Shown: piece by piece, positions 24,118-36,499 of the stretch
How the letters are laid out: each line of letters opens with the position of its first letter
Numbering within the stretch: the first letter of the stretch is position 1
Assembly (NCBI GenBank): GCA_965287045.1
Contig: OZ336890.1
Coordinates: 17,980,001 to 18,044,000, forward strand
DNA length: 64,000 nucleotides
Origin: Carcharhinus amblyrhynchos
Taxonomy: Eukaryota
Reading direction: 5' to 3'
Position numbers and translations under genes: made by a program
Notes under the pieces: generated by a model
The model's input: only the letters and a program-made list of their open reading frames with translations
Database searches by the model: none
Told to the model about the DNA's origin: nothing

Positions 24118-24190
24118 GAAAACCATAGATGCTGACTGATTTGCTGTGTATTTCCAGTATGGTTATCAGATTTCTCTTATGAATCACCTA

Positions 24191-24312
24191 GGTCCTGATC
24201 TTATCAGTATGCCCAAGGCTCACAAGATCATGTCTAAGACCAACAGAGAATGCCATTCTGCGAGCCTCATCCACCCCGATTTCAGGGCAGCCGTACCAAT
24301 AAAATCAGGGCC
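24191..24312. mobile_element. MITE with 14-bp terminal inverted repeats flanked by TA
   Basis: TA-GGTCCTGATCTTAT ... ATAAAATCAGGGCC-TA (12/14 match). Confidence 0.6.
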
Positions 24313-25129
24313 TATGACTGGTGATGTGTTAAATTTTCTGAATGACTAAAATGGACATTGGCTTAGATTAGTATGTTCCCCCCACACTCACTCCCTCTAC
24401 TTTTTTTGAGGTGAGGGTTGAATGATTATTAAGTCCACCATCTACAGATGCTGTCAAAGGAGGAGCTGTCACATTCCCAAGCTGATTTGAATATCTTTTA
24501 CAACAGCCAGAATGTACAGTTGACATAAAGGCATCCAGTGTTGGGTGGGTGGTGAACAGGGCAGGGATTGAACATGTGGAGGCTGAATGAGAGTAAAACA
24601 ATTTGAAAACAGAATGGTGTTGCTGCAGCGGGCAAAGGAGATCCACATGCAACTGACCCAAGCTTTACTACTCAACCTCACCTTAACAATGTGACTGTTC
24701 ATTGTTCCATATTAATGCTGATCCGCCATTGCAAAGTTTCTGACATAACAAACAGTTATTAATGAGACCGCATGGTTCATGCCTGCAAACAATAGGACTC
24801 CATGCATTTGATATATCTTCTGTAATGTGGGGAAGTCTAACAAAATACATATGAATGCAAGAACAGGAGCAGGCCATTCAGCCCCTCCAGCTTGTCCCAT
24901 GTTCACTTAGATCATGGGTGAACTGTAACTCAACTCTTGCTGCCTACCCTGATCATGTGACCTTTAATACTCGTGCCCCCCCCCCCCACCCCGGCTTACA
25001 AAAATAATATTGTAAATCAGAATATTTGAATTGCAGTTTGTCCTCTTCAATAATTGCAATGAGAAAGTGGGTCAGCCTAAAGGGTGCCACATTATCATTA
25101 AAAAATGTTAACAGATTATTTATTCATGT

Positions 25130-25605
25130 TAGAGATCTTGGGGTTCAGATCCACAGATGTCTGAAGGTTGCCATTCAAGTGGATAGAACCGTGAAGAAGA
25201 CTTATAGTACGTTAGTGTTTATTAACAGGGGGTTTGAGTTTAAGAGCTGTGGGGTTATGCTGCAACTATACCAGATGTTAGTGAGACCACATTTGGAATA
25301 TTGTGTTCAGTTCTGGTCACCTCACTATAAGAAGGATGTGGAAGCATTGGAGAGAGTGCAAAGGAGATTTACCAGGATGCTGCCTGGTTTGGAGGCTAAG
25401 TCTTATGAGGAAAGGTTGAGGGAGCTGGGGCTTTTCTCTTTGGAGCAGAGAAAGATGAGAGGCGACTTAATAGAGGTTTATAAGATGTTGAGAGGGATTG
25501 ACAGAGTGAATGTGCAGAGACTATTTCCTCGGGTGGATGTAACTGTTACAAGGGGGCATAACTATAAGGTTCATGGTGGGAGATACAGGAGGGATGTCCA
25601 AGGCC
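25130..25605 (+). mobile_element. CR1 LINE ORF2 C-terminal fragment, followed by an inverted SINE head (25605-25665)
   Basis: RDLGVQI...LVRPHLEYCVQFWSP...LERVQRRFTRM...RGDLIEVYK. Confidence 0.9.
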
Positions 25606-27504
25606 GGAATCAAACCTGGGTCTGTGGGTGCTGTGAGGCAGCAGCGCTAACCACTGTGCCACCATAGCAAAAAAGAAACTCAAAAGAAGTCTATTTGAGT
25701 AGGTCACAATTTAATTTAATTGTACTTAATTTGTTCAATGTACACCTGCAAAAACATTCTAAAATTGTAATTTATCATTTTTTTAAAAAAAAAGCTAATA
25801 GCCAGTTCAAATCAACCCATTTTTTGGATCTGTATGAATAACTGGTGTTGCACAGCTCAGATAGGGCACACAATTCCTGCACTGTAAATGAATATCTATT
25901 TTTTTCTTCCCTTGTTCCACAAATTTACTTTGTTCCCCAAATTACATTAGTAACAGATTTAATTTAATTCTCAAGACTGTAGGGATAATGGGACTGTTTG
26001 TGTTAGATCCAATAGTTATTACAATATTAATGGTTAACATATGCTAGGAGTACATGAGTGCATTTATTACTGAGGCAGTGGAATTAAAGCCACAAATAAA
26101 TTTTGCACATGTAATTGAAGTTGAAATTATTTTAAATGTGATTTATGCAAAAGTTTAAAAATGAAACGCCAAAGGCATTCTCTACTAATAAGGTGATCAG
26201 TCAGTGGGACTAACAAGATTCATACATATTTTATTGAGTATTTTTTCACTGTTAACAAAAATAATTTACTTGGAGTTGTTTTTGAAATTCAGACACATGC
26301 TGAGAGTCTGATTGGGAACTGCTCCTGGTTGCTGTCTGGTGATTCCTGTTGAAAGTGCACGTGGGCAGGGTCACTGGGCTGTGACAGAAATTGGGTGCAG
26401 CTGCAAAATGGCCAGGTGACTCTCGCTTGTCCTGTCTGGCAGATGCGCAAGTGCCCCCACCCCACGGGTGAGACCGAAAGGGCACCCGTCATCCATGAAA
26501 CTGCACCCCCCCCACCCCACCCCCAGTTATGGAGAAGGTAAGTGGGTGCAGAAATGGATAAAGGCAGAAAAAGAATTGAAAAGATTTAAAAAATCTCAAT
26601 TAAAAAGATCTGCCTGGACCATGAACTGATAGCGAGAGTCATGCGATTTTTGTCATTCAACAAAACTGTTCAATTCAAAAGTATTTTTAACAACACTTTC
26701 TATTGTGCACATATGCTGGTGACAGTAGTGATGTATTGCCAGTAGTTCCTGTTGGAACTGCATACCAATCCCATTAAAAATATGATACAAATGGAATAAA
26801 ATGACTTACTAAGAATAACCTGCTTCAGTCCATGATTTTTACGATTGTTCTTGATGTGGTTCATCTGCTTTTTTGTTCATAAATTAACAGTGGCCCAAGA
26901 AGACTAACAGATTGCATACTGACAGCAATGTTCATGTTATGATTCCCATATAGACCAATAACTCTTAAAGTGATATCATTTTCCCAGTGACTCACTCAAA
27001 GGACCACACTGTAAGATTCCACATTTTAAGAATTTTACTGTAACAAACATACACTACGATTGAAATAGACATTACTTTGTAGCAACTAACTCACTACAGA
27101 GAAAGTAGTCCCTTGTACCTTCTTAATGCAAATGAACACCCTTCGCCGCACTTATACATTGCATCAATTCAAATTGTGGTCTTGTGATTAAAGTCCAAAG
27201 CTCCTGTTCGCTCTAACATGACATCTTCCTGTTGATTCATGAGAGTGAAACTTCTAGTTCTCTTTATTCAACCTTTGAGCATGATTGAATGGGCATCCCA
27301 TTACAAGGTACCCTCTGGTGATTCCATGGTCTTTAGCTCTTCACAATCCTTGTTTCTCTGAACTTGGCTTCTATCCTTACCAGTCCCCTACTTGGTGATT
27401 TGCCCCAGAAGCAGTTACTTTCTTCAGCCCAGCTTAGCAGCAGTTACTGTGTGTCTTCTCCAGATCTCTCCCTGGCTGACTACTGAGAGCAAGCAGCAAG
27501 TTAC

Positions 27505-28845
27505 GACTTACACCAATTTTTACAAGCGCACCATAGAAAGCATCCTTTCCAGAATGTATCACAGCTTGGTATGTCTCCTGCTCTGAGCAACACCGCAAAA
27601 AAACTACAGAATTGTGAACGTAGCCCAGTCCATAACGCAAACCAACTGCCCATCCATTGTCTCTGTCTACATTTCCAGCTGACTCGGAAAAGCAGATAGA
27701 ACAATCAAGGACCCCACACACCCCAGACATATTCTCTTCTACCTTCTTCTGTTGGAAAAAACTCTGAGGACATATACAACTATGACTGTGTGGCCAAATT
27801 CCTCTCCAATTCGATCTTCAAGTCTGCGGACGACACCACCGTAGTGAGTCGGATCTCAAACAATGGCAAGACAGAGTACATGAATGAGATAAAGAATCTG
27901 GGGAACTGGTGTGACAACAATAATCTCTTCCTCAATGTCAATAAAATGAAGGAGATTGTCATCGACTTCAGGAATTATAGAGGAGAACATTCCCCTGTCT
28001 ACGTCAACAGGGATGAAGTAGAAAGGGTTGAGAGCTTCATGCTTTTAGGTGTGCAGATCATCAACAACCTGCCCTGGTCCCTCCCATGCTGACACTATAG
28101 TTAAGAAAGCCACCAAAATCTCAACTTTCTCAAAAGACTAAGGAAATTTTGCATGTCAGCTACAACTCTCACCTGCTTTTACAGATGCATCGCAGCTTGG
28201 TATGGCTCCTGTTCTGCCAACGACCCAAGAAACTACAAAGCCTAATCCATCACGCAAACCAGCCTCCCATGCATTGACTCTAACTACACTTTCTGCTGCC
28301 TCAGCAAAGCAGCCAGCATAATTAAGGACCCCACACACTCTGTCTTCCACCTTCTGTCAGGAAAAGGAAACAAATGTCTGAAGTCACATACCAACTGACT
28401 CAAGATCAGCTTCTTCCCTGCTGCCATCAGACTTTTGAATGAACAACCTTGCATTAAGTTGATCTTTCTCTACACCCTAGCTATGACCGTAACATTACAT
28501 TCTGCACTTTCTCCTTTCCTTCTCTATGAACAGTATACTTTGTCTGTAAAGTACGCAAGGAACAATAATTTTCATTGTATGCTAATATGTGTGACAAAAA
28601 TAAATCAAATCAAACCAGCCGACTAAAGGACAGTTTCTTCCTTGTTGCCAACAGACTTTTGAATAGACCTCCCTTATATTAAATTGTTATTTTTCTCACA
28701 CACTAGCTATGATTGTAACACTACATTCTCTTCTTTTCTTCTCCTCTATGTACTCTATGAATAGTATATTTTGTCTGTATAGTGCGCAAAAAGCAGTACT
28801 TTTCACTGTATCCCAATACATGTGACAATAATAAATCAAATCAAA
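27505..28845 (+). mobile_element. Tandem cluster of three Rex1/Babar-type LINE pieces (~27505-27775, 27783-28613, 28614-28845)
   Basis: YKRTIESIL; SNSIFKSADDTTVVSRISNN...LNVNKMKEIVIDFR; two ATAAATCAAATCAAA tails. Confidence 0.8.
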
Positions 28846-28974
28846 AACAGATTCCTTATCCTTTGTGTTCAGGTGTTAAAACTCCACACCTTACTTTCAG
28901 TAAGTTTCAACCTGGGCGCCTCTCTCCATAGCAACCAAGGTTTGCCTGCAGGTAGACTTTATTTGATTTCACAT

Positions 28975-30257
28975 GCGTTAAGGGGAAGTCGTGTCTGACA
29001 AATTTATTGGAGTTCTATGAGGATGTGTCTAGGGCGGTGGATAGAGAGCCGGTGGATGTGGTCTTTCTTGATTTTCAGAAGGCGTTTGACAAGGTACCTC
29101 ACAAGAGGTTATTGCAGAAGGTAAGGGGGCATGGAGCTGGGGGTAGGGTGTTAGTGTGGATAGGGGATTGGTTGTCAGATAGGAGGCAGAGAGTGGGGGT
29201 TAATGGATGCTATTCGGATTGGCGGTTGGTGACTAGTGGAGTGCCCCAGGGGTCGGTGCTGGGGCCTCAGCTATTTACCATTTATATAGATGATCTGGAG
29301 GAGGGAACCGAGTGTATGGTGTCGAAATTTGACCAAGATTGGTGGAACGGCAAATTGCGCGGAGGGGGTGGAGAGTCTGCAGAAGGATCTAGATAGGCTG
29401 GGTGAATGGGCCAGGAACTGGCAAATGGAATTTAATGTTGGCAAGTGTGAGGTGGTCCACTTTGGTAGGAATAATGGTAGGAAGGGCTATTACTTACGTG
29501 GCGAAAAACTGCAGCAGGCGAAGGTGCAGAGGGACCTCGGGGTCCTTGTGTATGAGTCGCAAAAACCCAACCTGCAGGTGCAGCAGGTGGTCAGGAAGGC
29601 TAATGGGATGCTGGCCTTCATAGCGAGGGGGATTGAATATAAAAGTAGGGAGGTCTTGCTGCAGCTGTATAGGGCATTGGTGAGGCCGCAGCTGGAGTAC
29701 TGTGTGCAGTTTTGGTCGCCGCACTTACGCAAGGATATTTTGGCCTTGGAGGGAGTGCAGAGGAGGTTTACTAGGCTGATACCGGAGTTGAGGGGGGTGA
29801 GCTACGAGGAGAGGCTGAATAAACTAGGCTTGTACTCGTTAGAGTTTAGAAGAATGAGGGGAGATTTCATTGAGACATATAAGATGATGAATGGGATGGA
29901 TAGGATAGAGGTGGAGAGACTCTTCCCGCTCAGAAAGGACAGTAGGACTAGGGGGCACAGCCTCAAGATAAAGGGGGGGGGGCGGTTTAGAACGGAGTTG
30001 AGGAGGAACTTCTTCACTCAAAGGGTGGTGAATCTCTGGAATTCTCTGCCCGTTGAAGTGGTGGAGGCTGCCTCGCTAAATATTTTTAAGACGCAGGTTG
30101 ATGGGTTTTTGATAAGCGAGGGGATTAAGGGTTATGGGGAGAGGGCGGGAATGTGGAACTGAGCCACAACAGATCAGCCATGATCTTATTGAATGGCAGG
30201 GCAGGCTCAAAGGGCTAGATGGCCTACTCCTGCTCCTATTTCTTATGTTCTTATGTT
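28975..30257 (+). mobile_element. Young 5'-truncated CR1 LINE; ORF2 broken by one frameshift
   Basis: [12 protein letters not shown]...[14 protein letters not shown], then a 290-aa C-terminal ORF to the natural stop at 30162; CR1 3'UTR and (TTCTTATG)n tail. Confidence 0.95.
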
Positions 30258-30664
30258 CCATTTTACTGTGAATTAAAGGAGGCAGTTTAAAACACGACTA
30301 TCTTTTAAAGTGTCACATTTGTAACAATCCACTGGCTTGTTCATTACTGTGTACGTGTTTATGTTAGAAGAGGAACTTTTTTTTTACTTTGATGATTTTC
30401 TATCTTGTTTTTCAGAGAGTAGTCCACATTGTACCGGGCAAGCATCTCTACCTGGCTGTCACCTTCCTCTCTTCCTGTATTTCTCACGATTTTCTCACTG
30501 CGGTGCAGATTCTTTCAGGCAGCAAAGCCTAAAGGTGTAGGTTCTTTGATCACCCCAGCTCTTGTTAGCCCATCGTGGAAGGGTTGCTTGCAACAGATGT
30601 AAGAAATTTAGCAGTTCTTGCTTCCCAACCAGCTCTGAAATGGGAACAGCCCAAGACAGCAAAG

Positions 30665-30682
30665 CTCGCCATCTAGTGGCCC
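30665..30682 (-). promoter_or_regulatory. Candidate CTCF site
   Basis: Minus strand reads GGGCCACTAGATGGCGAG, matching the core CCACYAGRKGGC at 30668-30679. Confidence 0.55.
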
Positions 30683-30904
30683 ATTTGAGTAGTATTGAAG
30701 CTCAGTCCAAGAGAAAGCTGAAGCCAAGTGATCAGCAATCTGCTTTTCACACAAAACTGGAACTTTTTTTTAGGATGAATATTAATTTATGTAATGAAGA
30801 GGAGCATACTCTTTAATTCTTTTGTTTACTCTCATTCTATGTTGTTTAAACTCTATTCTAACTCTTTTTAAAATCTCTAACACTGCTCTAATTCAATCTC
30901 TTAA

Positions 30905-31148
30905 TAAAAGTCTGAGGTCACATACAAACTGACTGAAGAATAACCTCTTCCCTGCTGCCATCAGACTTTTAAATGGACCTACCTTATATTCAGTTGATCT
31001 TTCCCTATACCTTAGCTCTGACTGTACCACTACATTCTGCATTCTCTCCTTTCCTTCTCGATGAATGGTATGCTTTGCTGTACAGCACGCAAGAAACAAT
31101 ACTTTTCACTGTATACTAATACATGTGACAATAATAAATCAAATCAAA
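30905..31148 (+). mobile_element. Rex1-type LINE 3' tail
   Basis: AGTCTGAGGTCAC...CCCTGCTGCCATCAGACTTTT...AATAAATCAAATCAAA. Confidence 0.75.
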
Positions 31149-31799
31149 AGTTTCTGTTCATGAAAATAGAACCAGGCACAGGTATACATGTCCGGTAGCA
31201 GTAATTACATTCTCATGTCTACAAACTTGGTATATGACAATGTAACATCATCAAATCCTTATGAAGTCCCAATCTGTCTTCACTTTGAACTTTGTAACCT
31301 CAGTACTTCCAATCAATGGATCACAACCTCATTTCAGACATACAAAAAATCAAGGAAAGCTATGCCTTCACTTTAAATGTTTAAATTCCACCACTGAAGC
31401 AAGAAGACTTGTGACATGAATAATTCTGTAAATTTGTTTTTGTAGGATGAGCAAATCGAGACTGAGAGAATCAGAGCATCAATTGTTCTCATGATGGTAT
31501 TGCCAACTTAGCTTTGTAAAATTCTCATCCAGAGGACAGGGAGAAGGGGATATGACAATGTCTCCAAACTGATTGTACTTGAATGATAGGAAGGTTGAAT
31601 CAGAGGGGATGTCAGGGAGGAGAATGGGTAAGTTGCTGTTTACAAAATTCAGACTGGGGGTTAAAACTGCATTATTTTAATTTGAAGTAATGCTATTAAT
31701 ATTCATTTCCTTGATCTTCCTGCAAGCCACACGTTTATTAACCATATGTTAGTCAGTAATTCCGTTACTGCTTTCCCTCTTTGGGACATAATGATGGAG

Positions 31800-32075
31800 G
31801 CAAGAGTGGTTAGCACAGCTGCCTCACAGCGCCAGAGACCCAGGTTCAATTCCCGGTTTGGGTCACTGTCTGTGCGGAGTCTGCGTGTTCTCCCTGTGTC
31901 CGCGTGGGTTTCCTCCCACAATCCAAAAGATGCGTGGATTGGTCCATTGGCCACGCTAAATTCTGCCTCAGTGTACCCCAACATGCACCGGAGTGTGGCG
32001 ACAAGGGGATTTTCATTGTAACTTCATTGCTGTATTAATGTAAGCCTACTTGTGACACTAATTAATAAACTTTGA
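31800..32075 (+). mobile_element. V-SINE type B
   Basis: GTGGTTAGCACAGCTGCCTCACAGC head; GCCTACTTGTGACACTAATTAATAAACTTT tail. Confidence 0.8.
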
Positions 32076-32089
32076 ACTCTGTGTTCGTT

Positions 32090-32345
32090 GCTGGATAAAT
32101 GTTGGCTAGGAATCCAAGACAACTCCTTCTCTTTAGTTGAAAACTGCTTTGAGGTTCCTTTCTATCATTGGAACAGGCAGACTATGCTTCAATTCAATAT
32201 CTCATTGGAAAAAGGAACCTCTGAGAATTCAGTCCTCAGCACAGCACTGATTCATCAGGTCTGATTATTTGTTCAAGTCCAGGAATAAGGCTTGAATTCA
32301 CAACCTTCTGACTCAAAGGTGAGAGGCCTTCCACCAAGCAAGTTT
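32090..32345 (-). mobile_element. Degraded Deu-type SINE
   Basis: CCTCAGCACAGCACTG...CAAGTCCAGGAATAAGGCTTGAATTCACAACCTTCTGACTCAAAGGTGAGAG. Confidence 0.55.
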
Positions 32346-34320
32346 GACACTTATTTCATTAGTGAGCCAAAGGTAACTAACATATCCCAGTTTTTTATTG
32401 CAAAAAAGTCAATGATTAAAAAGTGTAATTTTCAGCATTATAATCGGAAATAGTTCAAGATGATGGATTTTGCTGAAAAAAAAGACATAGTCATCAGGAA
32501 TCGGCAATACTCAAGATCTGAACGAATGAGGTGACTATTAACAATGGATTTTGTTTGTGGATAACAATATGTTAACTGTTCCCCCCTTGGTGGTCATGCT
32601 TCCATGGACTTGGCCATGTCAAGAGGTTTTTTTTTGCAATATGCTAAATTTAGCAAATTTTGAATGTTTTTGATGTTGGATTTTTATTTTGCAGTCCATA
32701 GTTATATTGTACAGTTTGCATCCATGCAATACTAAGGGTCATTTAAAAAAAAACCTTATAAAATTAATGCGCAAAGTGGACAGTGCAAGCCCTTAATTCA
32801 TCTTCTGGCTTGCTCCAAAATACAATTCAAATTAAAATTGAATCCAATTCATAGTTCCCACAAAAGAGACATACAAGAACCAAGCTGACAAGACAAGACA
32901 TTTCACTTGATCTCGTGCTTGATCCTACCCTTGATCTCAGCTGAAAGCTCAAAGTGAAGTCAACCAGGTCCAGTTATGGAAGTGAAAGGATTAATAATCA
33001 CACAAGTTTAAAAATCATATAAGCTGCTATTAGAAAAGAAAAAGGTCTTTATAAAAGTCTTCACAGATAAGCAGCAAGGCCTTTACTCTGAGAGAATTCA
33101 TTAAATCAGCTGTCTGGAACTCGAAGAAGGGAGTGTTACCCACAGACACAAACTGGGACATACATGATAACTTGTAACAATGATGAATTAGGTCAGCTGG
33201 CTTGATTAAGTCTTTGTACTGATTGGATATTACAATTAAGTAAGTGTGAATTGATTGTGATTCATTTTAATATTTGTATGTTACAAATGATATAACCTGA
33301 GAGAATAATTGTACATGGATAGAATGGATAGAGTATAGACCTTAATTGGTATATGCTAATTAGCTGTAGTCAAATTTGCTTGTGCACTCCTGAATTCTGG
33401 GCTCTGGCTTTTTACTGACACTGACCAGTGAGTTTCCAGGGACCTCACCATTTAATGTGCACTAAACAGCTGTTTAAGAGAACTCCGTGACTCGGTCTGG
33501 TTACTTGAAGGGTAAAATTGTGATCAATTAAAAGGGTAACATCAAAGCCCACAACAGTAAGTTAAGTGAAACTACCTCCAGAAGATAATCACATACTACA
33601 TCAGCATCACACTAATTGCAGTACAATTGTGTGATTAGAAAAAAAACTTTTACAGTTCTCCAAGATTGGACCAATAATCTGCTTGTAAATTTTGTAAGAT
33701 TGTTTATTTTTAATGGGTCAATGTTGATTAGGAATCAACAATCCCATTGGTTCTTTAGTCACATCATCAAAAATACTACTAGGATCATCAGTATAACTTC
33801 TGGAACAAGAGGTACTGGCATGTGAAAGATACCTGTACAATGGCACCATTGATTGAAGTATGTGTAGGTAAATTCTACTTTCCACTGCATTTTTGAGGAC
33901 AGAAGTTAAGGCTTATTCCTGGAATTCCTGCTTGAATGTTGATGGGTGACTTGGTGTTAAATTCAACACCCAAACTGTGCCATTATTAAGCCCATTTTGT
34001 AATGGACACTTGCAAAAATAGTTCACTAAATTTAAAAAAAGATAACTGGAAAACTTTTCTACATTTCTCTTTTTTTGTATGCAACTTCCAACTTTTGTGT
34101 AGAAAAGGAAGAAAAATGAAATGCCCAGTTTGTGTGACTGGAGTCCTGCCCCAGTGACATTAAGAGATGTGCCTGCTTTCCAGCCAGTTAGTGACTGGGA
34201 GGTATGTGCCATAAATCTACCTAACTAGCATTAATGATTGTAATGTGTAATTTAACTGTCAACAAATGAATCAGCGCAGTCATTACACCTCGTATAACCT
34301 TCACTCTAAGAGACACATGA

Positions 34321-34722
34321 TAACCATTGTGCTACCGTACCTCCCTGCTGCCTCACAGCACCAGAGACCCAGGTTTGATTCCTGGCTTAATTTCTTCAGG
34401 AGAAATTAAATATAAATCTCCTTTCCTCGTTATATCAAAAGTGTTTTATTTTTGAGGATCAAATACTTTTGGCAACACCAAGGGTCACTGTCTATGCGGA
34501 ATCTGCACATTCTCCCCATGTCTGCCTGGGTTTCCTCTAGGTGCTCTGGTTTCCTCCCACAGTCCAAAAGATATGCTGATCAGGTGGATCAGCTATGCTA
34601 AAAAATTCTCCTTCAGTGCACCTGAACAGGTGCCTGAGCTTGGCAACTGGGGATTTTCACAGTAATTTCATTGCAGTGTTAGCGTAAGCCTATTTGTGAC
34701 ACTAATAAACTAAACTTTAAAC
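34321..34722 (+). mobile_element. Rearranged V-SINE type B with an inverted 5' tip and an internal insertion
   Basis: Head inverted at 34321-34341; body interrupted at ~34389-34481; tail ACACTAATAAACTAAACTTT. Confidence 0.8.
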
Positions 34723-34863
34723 TCAGGAATCTATTCTGAAATGTGCACATGACCATGGTTGAAAAGAGTTAAGAAAGAAGAGAAATCAAATTCAATTTTA
34801 AGATGTTTTAGATAGCTGGAGGAAGGAAAGACTGAGGTAGCCAAGGAGATTCATCTTACTAAC

Positions 34864-34949
34864 TCTTCAGGAGAAATTAAACATAAATCTCCTTTCCTCG
34901 TTATATCAAAAGTGTTTTATGTTTGAGGATCAAATACTTTTGACAACAC
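34864..34949 (+). repeat. 86-bp direct repeat of 34393-34478
   Basis: TCTTCAGGAGAAATTAAA...CAACAC, with 3 mismatches between the copies. Confidence 0.92.
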
Positions 34950-35267
34950 AGTGGGCTGAACCTCTCCTGCTTGGAGGTGGGAGGACTGCGACGATGCAGG
35001 GAAGCTCTACCATTGTCGTAAGACTGCCCCAGGAGAACACTGGGGGTCGGATTGGCTCTCCGCTCCTGCCAATTACATACATTCAGGCCTTGTGAGCTCC
35101 CCAGCATTTTACCACAAGGAGCGCAGCCACCAGCTCATTGTCACCTCCCTGCGATAGGAGACCCCAGTGATGACGCTACAAGCATTAAAAAGCCTCACTG
35201 GCAGCTGTACCCAACACATTTGGGGGTTGGGGGTTGGGGGGGGGGGTTCCCCTCAATTCCCCATTTA

Positions 35268-35502
35268 TGACAGAGATGAGGAGAAATTTCTTCTCTCAGA
35301 GAATAGTGAATCTCTCGACCTCTTCACTGATGAGGCCTGTATGTCTAAGGCTGAGATAGATTTTTAATCAGTGAGGGAATCAAGTGGGGATAAAGTGGGC
35401 AAGTAGAGTTGAGGATTATCACATCAGATCAGTCACGATATCATTGAATGGATTTGATGAGCCATATGGCCCATTTCTGTTCCTACTTCTTATGGTTTTA
35501 TG
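35268..35502 (+). mobile_element. CR1 3' end
   Basis: GACAGAGATGAGGAGAAATTTCTTCTCTCAGAG...GTTCCTACTTCTTATG. Confidence 0.7.
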
Positions 35503-36499
35503 ATTCCTAGGTATGGAGTTGCTGTTAATTCCTGAACATCTAGACAGCCCACCTAAAGGCCTATTTTTTTTCCCCAAATGACGGTGTACTTGCTGTTGTT
35601 GACCTGCTTCAGCAATGCCCACACCTCCCCCATTGGCAGTGCTGAGGGTCCAGAGATACTGACCCTCTGCTGGGACTGGGCCAGCAGCTCCGAGAGCCCA
35701 TCCTTCTTATGGGCTCCTCCTGGACGGAGGATTGGTGAACCAGTATGGGCTTTTGACCCCCCCATTCTGGGGTGGGGGGGATGGGAGGCAGAAGCCATAC
35801 CCATTGTTTGATAGGAAATTCTGATCACCATTGCTGACTATGTTATAAACACCATTGTGACCAACGCTGACATTTTCTCGATTTTTCTCAGATTTTAATT
35901 TAAAAGGAGTTTTCAACATGACAAATGTACTTAAAGTAAGCCAAAGCAGAATCTAAAAATGTACTCTCTGCTGAGAGAGCAAAGGGGTTTTCACACTGGC
36001 ATTCACTACTTTTTATCCTTTCACTTTAATGGGAAGAAAATTGCAAGGGACCCAGTGTAAAAGTGGTGACTAAATTACTACCATAGCGCATCTTTTAAGA
36101 GAACTGAGGATTATATTCTCAAACCTTAAATTTAGGCACTGCGTACAAAGGTAAAAGTCTCTTTTCACTGAGGAACAAGATTGCTTACTCCTTTCTGAGA
36201 AATTCTTCATTTCAGGTGCTCTGAGGACTGAAGGAAACTTGTTTAACTGTGTTTTTTAAAATTAAAGTGGTCTCCAAAGTTCAAGAGCTTCATTGGAAAG
36301 TTCAATCTTTCTGCTGTATTGCTTGCTTCTTTAAATAATTATGTGAATATACCCCGATAACCGTTTAGCTTCTAAAGCCTGTTGTTTCTGGTACTGTCCT
36401 TCTTGAGGTGACATGAGACACAGTGGCTACATTGCCTACAATCCAACAGCAAAGTCACAAACGGGAAAATTGTTTGTGGTATGTTACCTCCTTTATATT

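Noticed and set aside
32569-33555. Possible solo LTR (TG...CA ends); a similar hint at ~6909-7590
   Set aside because: There is no second copy, primer-binding site or convincing target-site duplication, so it cannot be supported without a search.
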